Below are positions 44,650 to 53,638 of a stretch of DNA of 64,000 nt, in pieces. The translations under genes and the position numbers were made by a program. This DNA comes from Pseudomonadota bacterium (lineage in GTDB: Bacteria > Pseudomonadota > Alphaproteobacteria > Rhizobiales > Rhizobiaceae): contig JAEWDP010000075.1 in NCBI GenBank assembly GCA_023390055.1, forward strand, positions 19,821 to 83,820, written 5' to 3'. Below the pieces are notes generated by a model. The model saw only the letters and a program-made list of their open reading frames with translations, did not search any database and was not told where the DNA came from. Position 1 is the stretch's first letter; every line of letters starts with the position of its first letter.

Positions 44650-47600
44650 TCACTTTGTCTTTAGCTCTGCAAGTGAACGGTCCATGATCTCGTGGGAGAG
44701 TGTTATTACGGTGCCGGTTTCCGTGTAGGCAAGTACACAATGGAAATCATGTTCACGATAGAGCGGTGTAAGAATTTCCCGATAGAGTGCCAATTGCGCT
44801 CGATGCGCTAGTGGCACATCCTCCTCCCGGGCTGGCGGCCTCATGTTTGTCTTGTAGTCAACAATTGTCACCGTAGCGTCATCAACTGCCATCCGGTCGA
44901 TCCTCCCAGAGATTGCATGGTCGCCGCCGTTCAGTGTCACGGTTCCCATGACAGAAACCTCCGCGCGACTGTGTCCTGAGAAAATGGCCTGCAGTTCTGG
45001 ACAGGACAGGACAGACAGTACACATCCAATCAGATCTTCTCTTGCATCTACGGGCCAGGAGGGGGCAGCGCGCTCGGTATATCGTCTCGCGGTCTGTGCG
45101 CGTTCTTCGGGCAGAATGTCGGGCAGTACCTGAAGCATCCGATGCACGAGCCGACCCTTCTGCAAGACGATATTGTCGCTGCCGCTCTGTCCGAAAAGGG
45201 ATAATCCGGCGATTGCATCGTCGGTATGGTCCACGATTATCGTTCCTACGCCGGACGGACTCAGTGGGCGCGGGAGGGACACCCTTGGTGGCAGAGGTGT
45301 CCCCAAGGCTGCAGGAAGCGGCATCACTACACGAGGATTGTCACGCGGGATTTCGGATGGCTTTATCCTTTCTACGGCTGCAGGAAGCCGCCATCGAAAC
45401 CCACCCCACTCGCCTTCGGGTCCGTGAAACAGGAATGTGCTGCAGTATTTGGCATGGCTACAAAGCGCATTGCTCACCATCGAGTGCCAAGTATCAGGAT
45501 TTGCCCGGACACCACGATAGCCACATACAATCAGACGATCTGCCGCGCGGGTCATGCCAACGTAGAGAAGGCGCCGGTATTCTGCTTCGGTGCTTCGCTT
45601 TAAACGCTCATCGTCAGTTGCAGTGATGGAGTTTGCGAGGGTCTTTGAGGGTATCCACGCTGGGATTTCGATCCCCTCGTGCGCAATGAGGCGTAGTTTT
45701 GGAACGTGAGAAGGAACAAAGGCCTTCGAACCGCCATCGACCAAGAAGACAATTGGCGCCTCGAGCCCTTTTGAAGCATGTACCGTCATAATACGGACTT
45801 CGTTTCGACTTCCGTCCTGCTCCCGCTTAACAACCGGTGATTCCAGCTCGAGTGTGGCGATGAAGGATTGTAGTCCTGGCAATCCCTTGCTTTCATGATC
45901 CAGCGTAAAGGTCAGGAATTCGTCGAGGATGTCGCCCACTTCCGTTCCCAAACGGCCAAGGAATTTTCGACGGCCGCCCATTTTGCCCAGTAAGCGGGCA
46001 TAGAGATCATACGGGCTCACTGTTCTTGAAAGCGAAATCAGGTGATCCAGCAACTCGACTGCTGCTCCAAACCGCTCAGGATGTAGCTTTGCCGATTGCT
46101 TGAGGTGCTGCCAGACGCTCAATGTCTGCGAACGTTGAGCAGCAATTTCAAAGATATCTTCCTCCGTCAGGTTGAAAAGTGGGCTTTTCAGCAGGGCAAC
46201 AAGAGACAGGTCATCCTGCGGCAAGACTAGAAATCGTCCGAGGGCCAAAAGATCCTGTACTGCAATGTGGCTGGTCAATAGCAGGCGATCTGCCCCTGCC
46301 ACTGGTATGTTGCCACGTCGTTTCAAGGCTCTGGTCAATGCATTTACGAATGCGTCACGCTTGCGTACCAGTACTAGAATATCGCCAGGCACGATGGGGC
46401 GTTCGACATCCTTTTCAATGATTGTCTCTCGGCCAAGCAACTCACTGATCGAACCGGCGATGCGACTGGCCAGCTTAGACGAGGGTGCCTGGTCGGGCGT
46501 CGCGTCGAAAGGTGCTGTCCAGTCCTCGGTGGTGCCTGCAGTATCGGGTTCGATTATGTCCCACAGATCGACTGTTCCAGGATGTCCGATTCGGTTTGAA
46601 CGGTGAACGATCGGGTCGCCGTCGAACGTCAAGCCACAAGCATTGTCTTGAAGAGAAAAGACCTGGTCGACAGCAGACAGGACATCGGCAGTTGAACGAA
46701 AGGACAGGGGCAATCGAACCGGATTGAAGCGCTGGCCGCTGTCTCGCACGTTCTTTTCAGTCCGATTGCGTTCTTCGGCAAACCGTTCGGGTCGAGCGCC
46801 CTGGAAAGAATAGATTGATTGCTTTTCATCACCGACGGCAAAGATCGTTCGATGAACATCACGCGCCCCGTGCCCTGAGTAGAAATCTTCTGCTAGCGAC
46901 TTGATTACGGCCCATTGGACCGGACTCGTGTCCTGTGCCTCATCGACAAGGATGTGGTTGATGCCCTGATCAAGTTTATAGTGCACCCAGGCACCGACCC
47001 CATCTTTGGTCAGAAGATCTGCTGTCCGCGCAATCAAATCCTCGAAGTCGAGAAGGCTACGCTGCTTCTTCAAATCTTCGTAGTCTCCGATCAACCGATC
47101 TGCCAGAACAAGCGCCGCTTGTGTCGCCTTGACCATACGCATGATGCGTAGCCGATCACGGCACTCTGCGACGTGGGTACGTGCCGATTGTATCGCTCCA
47201 CCCAAAATAGGGGCTTCATCCAACATCTTCTTGGTAATCAGCGAACTTTCAGCTTTCGGCTCACCGGATTTTGTGAGGAATATTGTCTCTAGATATTGCG
47301 CCCTCAGGAATGCGCTCTCTTCCCTGCTGCAAACCTGCAAGCCATGTGCGACATCCTGAGCCTTTGCACCTCCCATTCTCTCGGCAAGCTGCAGATATTG
47401 TGCAAGCGTAGCGTCGCTGAGGTGTGGCAGCGGCCAATACTCTTCCGCAACAGTTTGCTCCGTTGCGTCTGGAGAAAGATCCCACACCCGTCTGAGCGCT
47501 TGATCAATTCCTCCATTACGTTCGGCGTGACCGAGGAACTGACGGATTGCCGTTCGTTGTGCGATAATACTGCCAAGCAGATCCTCCAGCCCGAATTCAT

Positions 47601-48210
47601 CGCCAATATCAAGAACATGCGCAAACGCTTCGGCGCGTAAAGGGTCGCTCTGTGTCGATGTTGCCGTGAGCAGTGATCGACGAGCATCGGTGAGCAGAGA
47701 AGAGGCCGCACGGTCATCGAGTACCGAAAAGTGGCCAGCGACATTTGCTTCCAGTGGGAATTGATGCAGTACTGCTTCGCAAAATGCGTGAATGGTCTGG
47801 ATTTTCAGCCCACCAGGTGTTTCTAGTGCCTTGGCAAACAGCCTTCGAGCCTCTGAGATTTTCTGAGGATCTGGCTCAATACCTTCAACCTCAGTAAGTC
47901 TGGCGCGTAGTTCCTCGTCATCGTAGACTGCCCACTCAGCAAGCCTCTGGAATACGCGGTTTGACATCTCTGATGCCGCGGCCTTTGTATAGGTGAGGCA
48001 CAGGATTGAGGATGGACGACAGCCCGAGAGCAGCAGCCGAATAACCCGCTGTGTCAAAACATGTGTCTTGCCTGACCCTGCGTTGGCCGAGACCCAGGCC
48101 GAGCTGGTGGGGTCGGAGGCACGAGACTGTTGCACACTTGTCCAGTTCAGCCAGTGGCGTGGGTCATCGCCTTGAGGAAGTGCATCATTCATCGCTGTCT
48201 TCGCCGTCAT
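44650..48210 (-). CDS. addA: double-strand break repair helicase-nuclease AddA
   Basis: 1186 aa with UvrD-type Walker A ANAGSGKTHVLT and a C-terminal PD-(D/E)XK-like nuclease (GRIDRMAV...IVDYKT). It is paired with addB. Confidence 0.9.
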   Translation of the reverse strand: MTAKTAMNDALPQGDDPRHWLNWTSVQQSRASDPTSSAWVSANAGSGKTHVLTQRVIRLLLSGCRPSSILCLTYTKAAASEMSNRVFQRLAEWAVYDDEELRARLTEVEGIEPDPQKISEARRLFAKALETPGGLKIQTIHAFCEAVLHQFPLEANVAGHFSVLDDRAASSLLTDARRSLLTATSTQSDPLRAEAFAHVLDIGDEFGLEDLLGSIIAQRTAIRQFLGHAERNGGIDQALRRVWDLSPDATEQTVAEEYWPLPHLSDATLAQYLQLAERMGGAKAQDVAHGLQVCSREESAFLRAQYLETIFLTKSGEPKAESSLITKKMLDEAPILGGAIQSARTHVAECRDRLRIMRMVKATQAALVLADRLIGDYEDLKKQRSLLDFEDLIARTADLLTKDGVGAWVHYKLDQGINHILVDEAQDTSPVQWAVIKSLAEDFYSGHGARDVHRTIFAVGDEKQSIYSFQGARPERFAEERNRTEKNVRDSGQRFNPVRLPLSFRSTADVLSAVDQVFSLQDNACGLTFDGDPIVHRSNRIGHPGTVDLWDIIEPDTAGTTEDWTAPFDATPDQAPSSKLASRIAGSISELLGRETIIEKDVERPIVPGDILVLVRKRDAFVNALTRALKRRGNIPVAGADRLLLTSHIAVQDLLALGRFLVLPQDDLSLVALLKSPLFNLTEEDIFEIAAQRSQTLSVWQHLKQSAKLHPERFGAAVELLDHLISLSRTVSPYDLYARLLGKMGGRRKFLGRLGTEVGDILDEFLTFTLDHESKGLPGLQSFIATLELESPVVKREQDGSRNEVRIMTVHASKGLEAPIVFLVDGGSKAFVPSHVPKLRLIAHEGIEIPAWIPSKTLANSITATDDERLKRSTEAEYRRLLYVGMTRAADRLIVCGYRGVRANPDTWHSMVSNALCSHAKYCSTFLFHGPEGEWGGFRWRLPAAVERIKPSEIPRDNPRVVMPLPAALGTPLPPRVSLPRPLSPSGVGTIIVDHTDDAIAGLSLFGQSGSDNIVLQKGRLVHRMLQVLPDILPEERAQTARRYTERAAPSWPVDAREDLIGCVLSVLSCPELQAIFSGHSRAEVSVMGTVTLNGGDHAISGRIDRMAVDDATVTIVDYKTNMRPPAREEDVPLAHRAQLALYREILTPLYREHDFHCVLAYTETGTVITLSHEIMDRSLAELKTK

Positions 48211-51200
48211 TATCGGCCGTTGACCATTCTGCTACGCGAGCCAAGTGATCATAGTCTCCGCCATAGTCACGTTGCATGTAGGGAACGAGCCGAGACGCGA
48301 ATCCAACTTCTCCGGTCCTCAACAGTGTCACGAATTTTGTTAGCTGCACCACGGATTCCTCGGCAAGATCCGAGGCGGACTTGCCGTTCTTGGCTGCTTC
48401 ATTGTTAACGACCTCGGACTTGAACCGGTCACCGGGCTTCAGGCGGACATAGATAAGTTCATCGACATCAACAGCTCCGAGGGATTTGAAGGCACCTGCT
48501 TGCAGCGCTGCTGCTTCAAGCGCGAGCTGCGGATCGAGAAGTGAGCGTGCCTGTGATGGCGTTGGACTGGATCCGGTCTTGTAGTCAATGATCAATGCTG
48601 CGCCTGATCCCTTGATGTCGATACGATCAGCAATCCCGGTCAAGCGGATCCCTGCTCCGGGAATGTCCCAGCAAGCACTGCACTCGGTGACCGTTTTGCG
48701 AATATCGTGAGCCCGCGATTTCTCCCACATGAGGAACGCGCTGGCAACCTCCTTGAAACGCGGGCGCCAGATCCGATCGATGTAGAGTGGCAAGTGCTCG
48801 GCGTCGAACAGTTCATCAATGATGAGACGCATCGCCTCTTGCGATGCATTCCTGTCCGGTAGTTGTTGTTCCCGTGTATAGCGGTCGATGATTGCGTGAT
48901 AGAGGGTGCCTCGCTGAGCAGCACCTGGATCCGAGTTGAATGGATCAACGGGATCAAGTTTCAGAATACGCCGGGCATAAACAGAATAGGGATCGCGCCG
49001 CAGGCGGCCAACTTCGCTGAATGAATATTTCACAGGCTGCAGATGGACAGGTGGCGTGGGAGATGGACGTTTTGCGGGCGCTTGGGCCTCGCCGATGTCG
49101 ATGAGATTTGCCCACTGTCGGAATTTCTCTCCACGGTCACGTAACTTGCCTGCGAGACCATCTCCGCCGAGGGCGAGAAGCCGCTGCAGCCAGCGGGATG
49201 CAACTGTCGGGGCAGATCCCTGCCGCAGAGATCGCGAGTAGATGAGATGTCGTGTGCCGCTTGCCATCTGGAAGTCGTGGGCAAGCTGACCAATCCGGCG
49301 TTCGGGTGGCTCCAGACCGATATCTGTCTTCATGGTGCGCGACAGGAACGGGTTATTGACGGTCTGTCCAGGCCAGGAGCCCTCATTCAGACCGCCAAGG
49401 ATCATCGTGTCAACGTACTGCAAGCGTGCCTCGAGCGTTCCAAAGATAAAAACCCGTGGATCGCTAAGCGACCTTGGTTTGACAGCCTCTCCAATTGCTA
49501 GCGCCTGCACGGCGTCTGCCCACTGCAAACCATCGGCCACCATTTGACCCTCCGCTTCAATGACGTCGGTCAGAAGAGACGAGAGACGTTCGCCTGCTTC
49601 ACCCGACCATAATGCGGATAGGTCACCTGCCCTATCAGAGCAGAGGGCCTCAAGCGCACGTCCAGTCCGCTCCGCCCAGTCGGAGAGAGGAAGAAGGGAT
49701 GTTAATCTTCGACCGTCGGACCTTGGCTCGCGTAATGCGGATGTCAGCGGTTCTACGGCCCGTTGGAGGCGGACAACCAGGTCTCGTGTCTGTGCGACAG
49801 TGTCTGGGCTGAGCGTTTTACGCCATGAAGGGGGGTGTTTATCCTCTGCATGGGTAACCAGCTTTGCTTCTAATAACGCGTCCAGTGTTGAAATATCAAC
49901 GTTGCCAAGACCACCCCGCAATGCAAGTAATTCAAGTGCTTCTGCAGCGCCGCGCATCTCATTCGGATCGAGACCCAACTGCACCAGCTCATGTTTCAGC
50001 AATGATGTGAGTGCAACCGGGCCGGCCCCAGACTGAAGCGTCGCTTCCAGCAGGATCTGTATCAATGTCCCCTGTGGAGTGGCGGAAAGCGGTGTGCCCG
50101 CTGTGTCATCAGCGAGAATGTCAAACCGCGCGAGTTCGGCGACCACTCGCCGGGCAAGTGTGCGATCTGGGGTGATCAATGCTGCCGTCGACAGGCTGCC
50201 ATCCCGTCCGGGTCGCTCAAGAGCCAGTCGCAGCGCAATTGCGATCGAAACCGCTTCCTCACGTTCGTTGGAGGCCTCGATCAGTGCGACATCCGAAAAG
50301 GCGCTATGCAAGGCGTCAGGCGTGCTAGATGCTCGCCATTGGCTCCATCCATCAGTAGTGGAAGCAGGTGCCATCGCCTGTGATAGCGTTGCTGCCCGAG
50401 CCTGTAAATCCAAGGTTGGTTCGTCCAGTATCGAAACTTCGCCGCGGTCTATGCCAAGCTTGTGCAGCAAGCGGGACATCCCGAACTGCGGATGGCTGTG
50501 ACACGAGGACTCATGACGGTCAGGTTTCGCTTCGAGGTGGATTTTCTCCCATTGATCGCGGGGCATGCTGGTGTCAAGACCGGGCAGCACGATGGCGCCT
50601 TGCGGCAGCGAGGCGATGGCACAGATCAAATCTGCCGCGGCAGGTACTGAGCCTGTCGATCCGGCAACGATGATGGGCCCCTTGAACTCCCGCTTGAGGA
50701 TCTGCTGTGCTTCCCCGCGAAGAAGTAATGCCTGGTGCCGTGCTGGAGAGGAACGACCTAATTCTTCCAGTCGAGCTGGCCAGAATGCGTTCGCAATTGA
50801 TAGAAATTCGGCTGTAAGTTGCCACCATAGCGCATGCTCGGCAGTATTGAGTTTCTTGAGATCATCCCAGTCCCCTTCTTCCGTCTCGACGGAGTCGATC
50901 AATTCTGCAAGAGCGCGACCAAGCCAGATCGCATCCGCAGGGCTGGCCGGTGCGATCAGCGGTGAGTCAGCATGGATATCAATTACGACTTGCGGTAATC
51001 GATTTCGCCAGGCGAGGACAAGGCGGCCGAGTTCCAAAAGCCGCGCTACGCCTCCGATCGGCAAGGCGAGATCCATTTCGTCGGGAATGGAAAGATCAAA
51101 ATATCCGCGGTCATCGTCCGTCTCGCCAAGTGGCCGGATGACCGGTAGGATTGCCGAACGTCCTCCGAGAAGATCGACAAACTCTGAACGAAGCACGCGT

Positions 51201-51373
51201 GCTGATCGGCGAGTTGGGACGAAGATCGTGACATTCGAAAGCGACAGAGGATCGCTGCGATCGTACTGAAAGCCTTCACTCAACCGCCCTTCGCAAAGGG
51301 ATACAGCAAGCGTCTTCAGGAACGGCGTTCCCGGTGGGATTGTGAAGATATGTCCTGAACCTTGCGTCACCAC
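48185..51373 (-). CDS. addB: double-strand break repair protein AddB
   Basis: 1062 aa, lying upstream of addA with a 26-nt overlap. C-terminal nuclease-like motif GIADRIDI...IIDYKTG. GTG start. Confidence 0.87.
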   Translation of the reverse strand: MVTQGSGHIFTIPPGTPFLKTLAVSLCEGRLSEGFQYDRSDPLSLSNVTIFVPTRRSARVLRSEFVDLLGGRSAILPVIRPLGETDDDRGYFDLSIPDEMDLALPIGGVARLLELGRLVLAWRNRLPQVVIDIHADSPLIAPASPADAIWLGRALAELIDSVETEEGDWDDLKKLNTAEHALWWQLTAEFLSIANAFWPARLEELGRSSPARHQALLLRGEAQQILKREFKGPIIVAGSTGSVPAAADLICAIASLPQGAIVLPGLDTSMPRDQWEKIHLEAKPDRHESSCHSHPQFGMSRLLHKLGIDRGEVSILDEPTLDLQARAATLSQAMAPASTTDGWSQWRASSTPDALHSAFSDVALIEASNEREEAVSIAIALRLALERPGRDGSLSTAALITPDRTLARRVVAELARFDILADDTAGTPLSATPQGTLIQILLEATLQSGAGPVALTSLLKHELVQLGLDPNEMRGAAEALELLALRGGLGNVDISTLDALLEAKLVTHAEDKHPPSWRKTLSPDTVAQTRDLVVRLQRAVEPLTSALREPRSDGRRLTSLLPLSDWAERTGRALEALCSDRAGDLSALWSGEAGERLSSLLTDVIEAEGQMVADGLQWADAVQALAIGEAVKPRSLSDPRVFIFGTLEARLQYVDTMILGGLNEGSWPGQTVNNPFLSRTMKTDIGLEPPERRIGQLAHDFQMASGTRHLIYSRSLRQGSAPTVASRWLQRLLALGGDGLAGKLRDRGEKFRQWANLIDIGEAQAPAKRPSPTPPVHLQPVKYSFSEVGRLRRDPYSVYARRILKLDPVDPFNSDPGAAQRGTLYHAIIDRYTREQQLPDRNASQEAMRLIIDELFDAEHLPLYIDRIWRPRFKEVASAFLMWEKSRAHDIRKTVTECSACWDIPGAGIRLTGIADRIDIKGSGAALIIDYKTGSSPTPSQARSLLDPQLALEAAALQAGAFKSLGAVDVDELIYVRLKPGDRFKSEVVNNEAAKNGKSASDLAEESVVQLTKFVTLLRTGEVGFASRLVPYMQRDYGGDYDHLARVAEWSTADNDGEDSDE

Positions 51374-51376
51374 TCC

Positions 51377-52105
51377 TCAGACCTCAACAGCAAGGTGAGA
51401 CAACAGGCCTTCCGCTTCAACCAACGCTTCAGGCGTTCCAACCGTCAACCAATGTCCATCAAGAATGATCCCGTAAAGTCTGCCACGCTCGATTGCTTTG
51501 TCAAAATAGAGATTGAGATTGAAAGCATCGCCGGGTGCATCTTCGAAAAGCCGGGAATGAAGGGCCAAGGCGCCAGCATAGACCAGAGGTAGGTCTCCAT
51601 CATTGTATCGGCTCAACTGGTCTTGCTGATTACGCTGAAAATCCTTCTTGCCGTTGTGCCCGGTTGTATGCTCCAACGGAACACACAGCAGTACCATGTC
51701 CATTTTGTCCGGATCAAAAAATGCGGCAAGTCGCTCCAAGTTGGTCGGCCGTCCAGGTAGTTCATTGACCCAGAAGAGGTCAGCATTCATGACGAAAAGC
51801 GGACCCGGTTCGAGAAAATGAATACCCTTCACCAGACCACCACCGGAGTTCATCAGTTTGTCGCGTTCGTCGGAGATTGATACTTCCATGCGCTGATAAC
51901 GCGCAAGATGAGCCTCCATCTGATCAGCGAGATGATGGACGTTCACGACTGCATGACAGACACCTGATTCCGCGAGGATGTCGAGCACGTGGTCGATCAT
52001 CGGCGTTCCGCCTACTCGCACCAAAGGCTTCGGCGTCGTATCTGTAATTGGGCGCAGGCGGGCTCCTAGACCGGCCGCCAGTACCATGGCCTGGGTAATC
52101 TTCAT
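51377..52105 (-). CDS. sugar-1-phosphate nucleotidyltransferase, MurU-like (N-acetylmuramate-1-P uridylyltransferase family)
   Basis: 242 aa with N-terminal AAGLGARLRPITDTTPKPLV. It is adjacent to an AmgK-like kinase domain, as in the MurNAc recycling pair. Confidence 0.72.
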   Translation of the reverse strand: MKITQAMVLAAGLGARLRPITDTTPKPLVRVGGTPMIDHVLDILAESGVCHAVVNVHHLADQMEAHLARYQRMEVSISDERDKLMNSGGGLVKGIHFLEPGPLFVMNADLFWVNELPGRPTNLERLAAFFDPDKMDMVLLCVPLEHTTGHNGKKDFQRNQQDQLSRYNDGDLPLVYAGALALHSRLFEDAPGDAFNLNLYFDKAIERGRLYGIILDGHWLTVGTPEALVEAEGLLSHLAVEV

Positions 52106-52114
52106 GCCCCACTT

Positions 52115-53638
52115 CTAAAGCAGACCATTTGATTCGGGTAGCGCTATTGCGACCTTCTGGCACCAGCGACGCAGGGGTTTGAGTGCATCGTGCTGGAGTG
52201 AGCTGGAGAGATAGGAAAGAGTTCGGGGCATATGCTTGAGATAGCCTGGTTTGCCGTCTCGCTGCATTAGCCGTACCCAGAGGCCGGCAAGTTTGCAGTT
52301 TCGCTGTGCGGACATGAGCGCAAAGTCTCTCCGAAACGAAGCGTCGTTGAAGTTTCCCTGACTGCGGCGTAGTCCAATGTAGTCATCCATCATCTGTGCG
52401 GCGAGAGCCGGAGGGATATTTGCACGGGCGTCCTGAATGATAGATGCAAGGTCGTAAGCTGTCGGGCCGATCATCGCATCTTGAAAGTCGATCACTGCAA
52501 CCCGCTTCACCCCAAGCTCGCGCTCGCGCCAGATGATGTTCGGTGAATGAAAATCACGCAGGAGGAGATTCGTCTCGGCGGCTTCGAGATTGCCGACGAG
52601 TTCGTCCCAGATCGAAAGGTAGTCCTGACGCTCCTGTTCGGTCGCCTGAGCCTGGCGCTGCCACGGCAAATACCAGTCAAGAAGAAGACGTGCTTCCATC
52701 TTCATAGCAAGAGGGTCGAAATCTGGGATGTGATGGGTGTGGTATGGCGTAACTGTAATATCTTGTCTCGGCGGACAGCCATGGAGGTAGGCAAGACAGG
52801 CAACGCTCTCGCGATAACGTTCTGGAATGGGCTGTCTGTCAGCATCAAGAATGCCCTCCTGGCCCAGGTCTTCCAGAAGCAGAATGCCAGCCTCGTAATC
52901 GACCCTCAAGACTTCTGGCGCGGTAAGGCCGATGTTTCTCAAATGGATCGAGAGTGCAACGAAAGGGTAGGCGTCTTCGGCAAGGTGTGCGACCTTTGGA
53001 TAGGTCTTTCCATCCAGCACAACCGGTCCATCCGGGCGACGCGGCCAGTCCATGAGAATGGCAGGTTGGCCACTGGTGGGAACGACTGTCTCATAGGCGC
53101 GCACGGAGGCATCGCCCGTGAGATAACGACGTCTGGCATGCAAGTATCCCCAGTGATCGAGGCATTCACGGATTGCCAGTGAGCGGCGAATTCGCGTCAG
53201 GGCCGCCTTTGGCCCGGTTAGTGTCACTAGCCGGTTGTTGTTGTGGTCTTCGAGGCGCACCACCAACTGGGTTGCGGGCAGTGCGCCACTCGCCATTTCC
53301 GGCCACTCGACAAGGCAGATCCCGGTTTCAAGTGCCTCGTCCAATCCCAATTCTTCAAGTTCGGATGGATCACCGAGGCGATAGAGATCGAAATGAACGA
53401 CCGGGATACGCAGGGCATAAGCCTGAACCAGGGTGAAGGTTGGCGAGGGGACTTCCAGATCATCGTCATCGGCAAGCGCGCGCAAAAACGCGCGGGCAAG
53501 TGTCGATTTGCCAACGCCTAGATCACCGGAGAGTGCCAGGCAGTCGCCTGGGATCAAGGCAAGAGCCAGATCTTCTCCGAATTGATTTGTTGCGGCTTCA
53601 TCGGCAAGCTCAACGATGATCGGTTCTGCGTCACTCAT
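52115..53638 (-). CDS. tsaE: bifunctional TsaE (t6A ATPase) / aminoglycoside-phosphotransferase-like kinase (AmgK-like) fusion
   Basis: The N-terminal ~150 aa carry TsaE motifs (GDLGVGKSTLARAF, PSPTFTLVQAY, HFDLYRL). The remainder is an APH-fold kinase (RDFHSPNIIW, VIDFQDA). ATG 53638 forms an ATGA overlap with the upstream kinase gene, and the 16 extra codons in the track ORF are unlikely to be translated. Confidence 0.8.
   Translation of the reverse strand: MSDAEPIIVELADEAATNQFGEDLALALIPGDCLALSGDLGVGKSTLARAFLRALADDDDLEVPSPTFTLVQAYALRIPVVHFDLYRLGDPSELEELGLDEALETGICLVEWPEMASGALPATQLVVRLEDHNNNRLVTLTGPKAALTRIRRSLAIRECLDHWGYLHARRRYLTGDASVRAYETVVPTSGQPAILMDWPRRPDGPVVLDGKTYPKVAHLAEDAYPFVALSIHLRNIGLTAPEVLRVDYEAGILLLEDLGQEGILDADRQPIPERYRESVACLAYLHGCPPRQDITVTPYHTHHIPDFDPLAMKMEARLLLDWYLPWQRQAQATEQERQDYLSIWDELVGNLEAAETNLLLRDFHSPNIIWRERELGVKRVAVIDFQDAMIGPTAYDLASIIQDARANIPPALAAQMMDDYIGLRRSQGNFNDASFRRDFALMSAQRNCKLAGLWVRLMQRDGKPGYLKHMPRTLSYLSSSLQHDALKPLRRWCQKVAIALPESNGLL

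Noticed and set aside
50565-51269. 234-aa plus-strand ORF. Similar cases are 49560-50036, 52547-53182, 8092-8769, 9017-9634, 21304-21843, 24874-25407 and 36906-37466.
   Set aside because: All lie fully inside, and antisense to, well-supported genes: addB, the tsaE fusion, minC, the prpE-like gene, rho, the DUF299 gene and phaZ. Their composition is Arg/Ser-rich. I treat them as non-coding.
44650-51373. addA/addB considered as part of a defence or novel nuclease system.
   Set aside because: This is the standard alphaproteobacterial AddAB recombination-repair pair in its usual trxA-addA-addB-murU-tsaE neighbourhood. There are no adjacent methylase, immunity or accessory genes.
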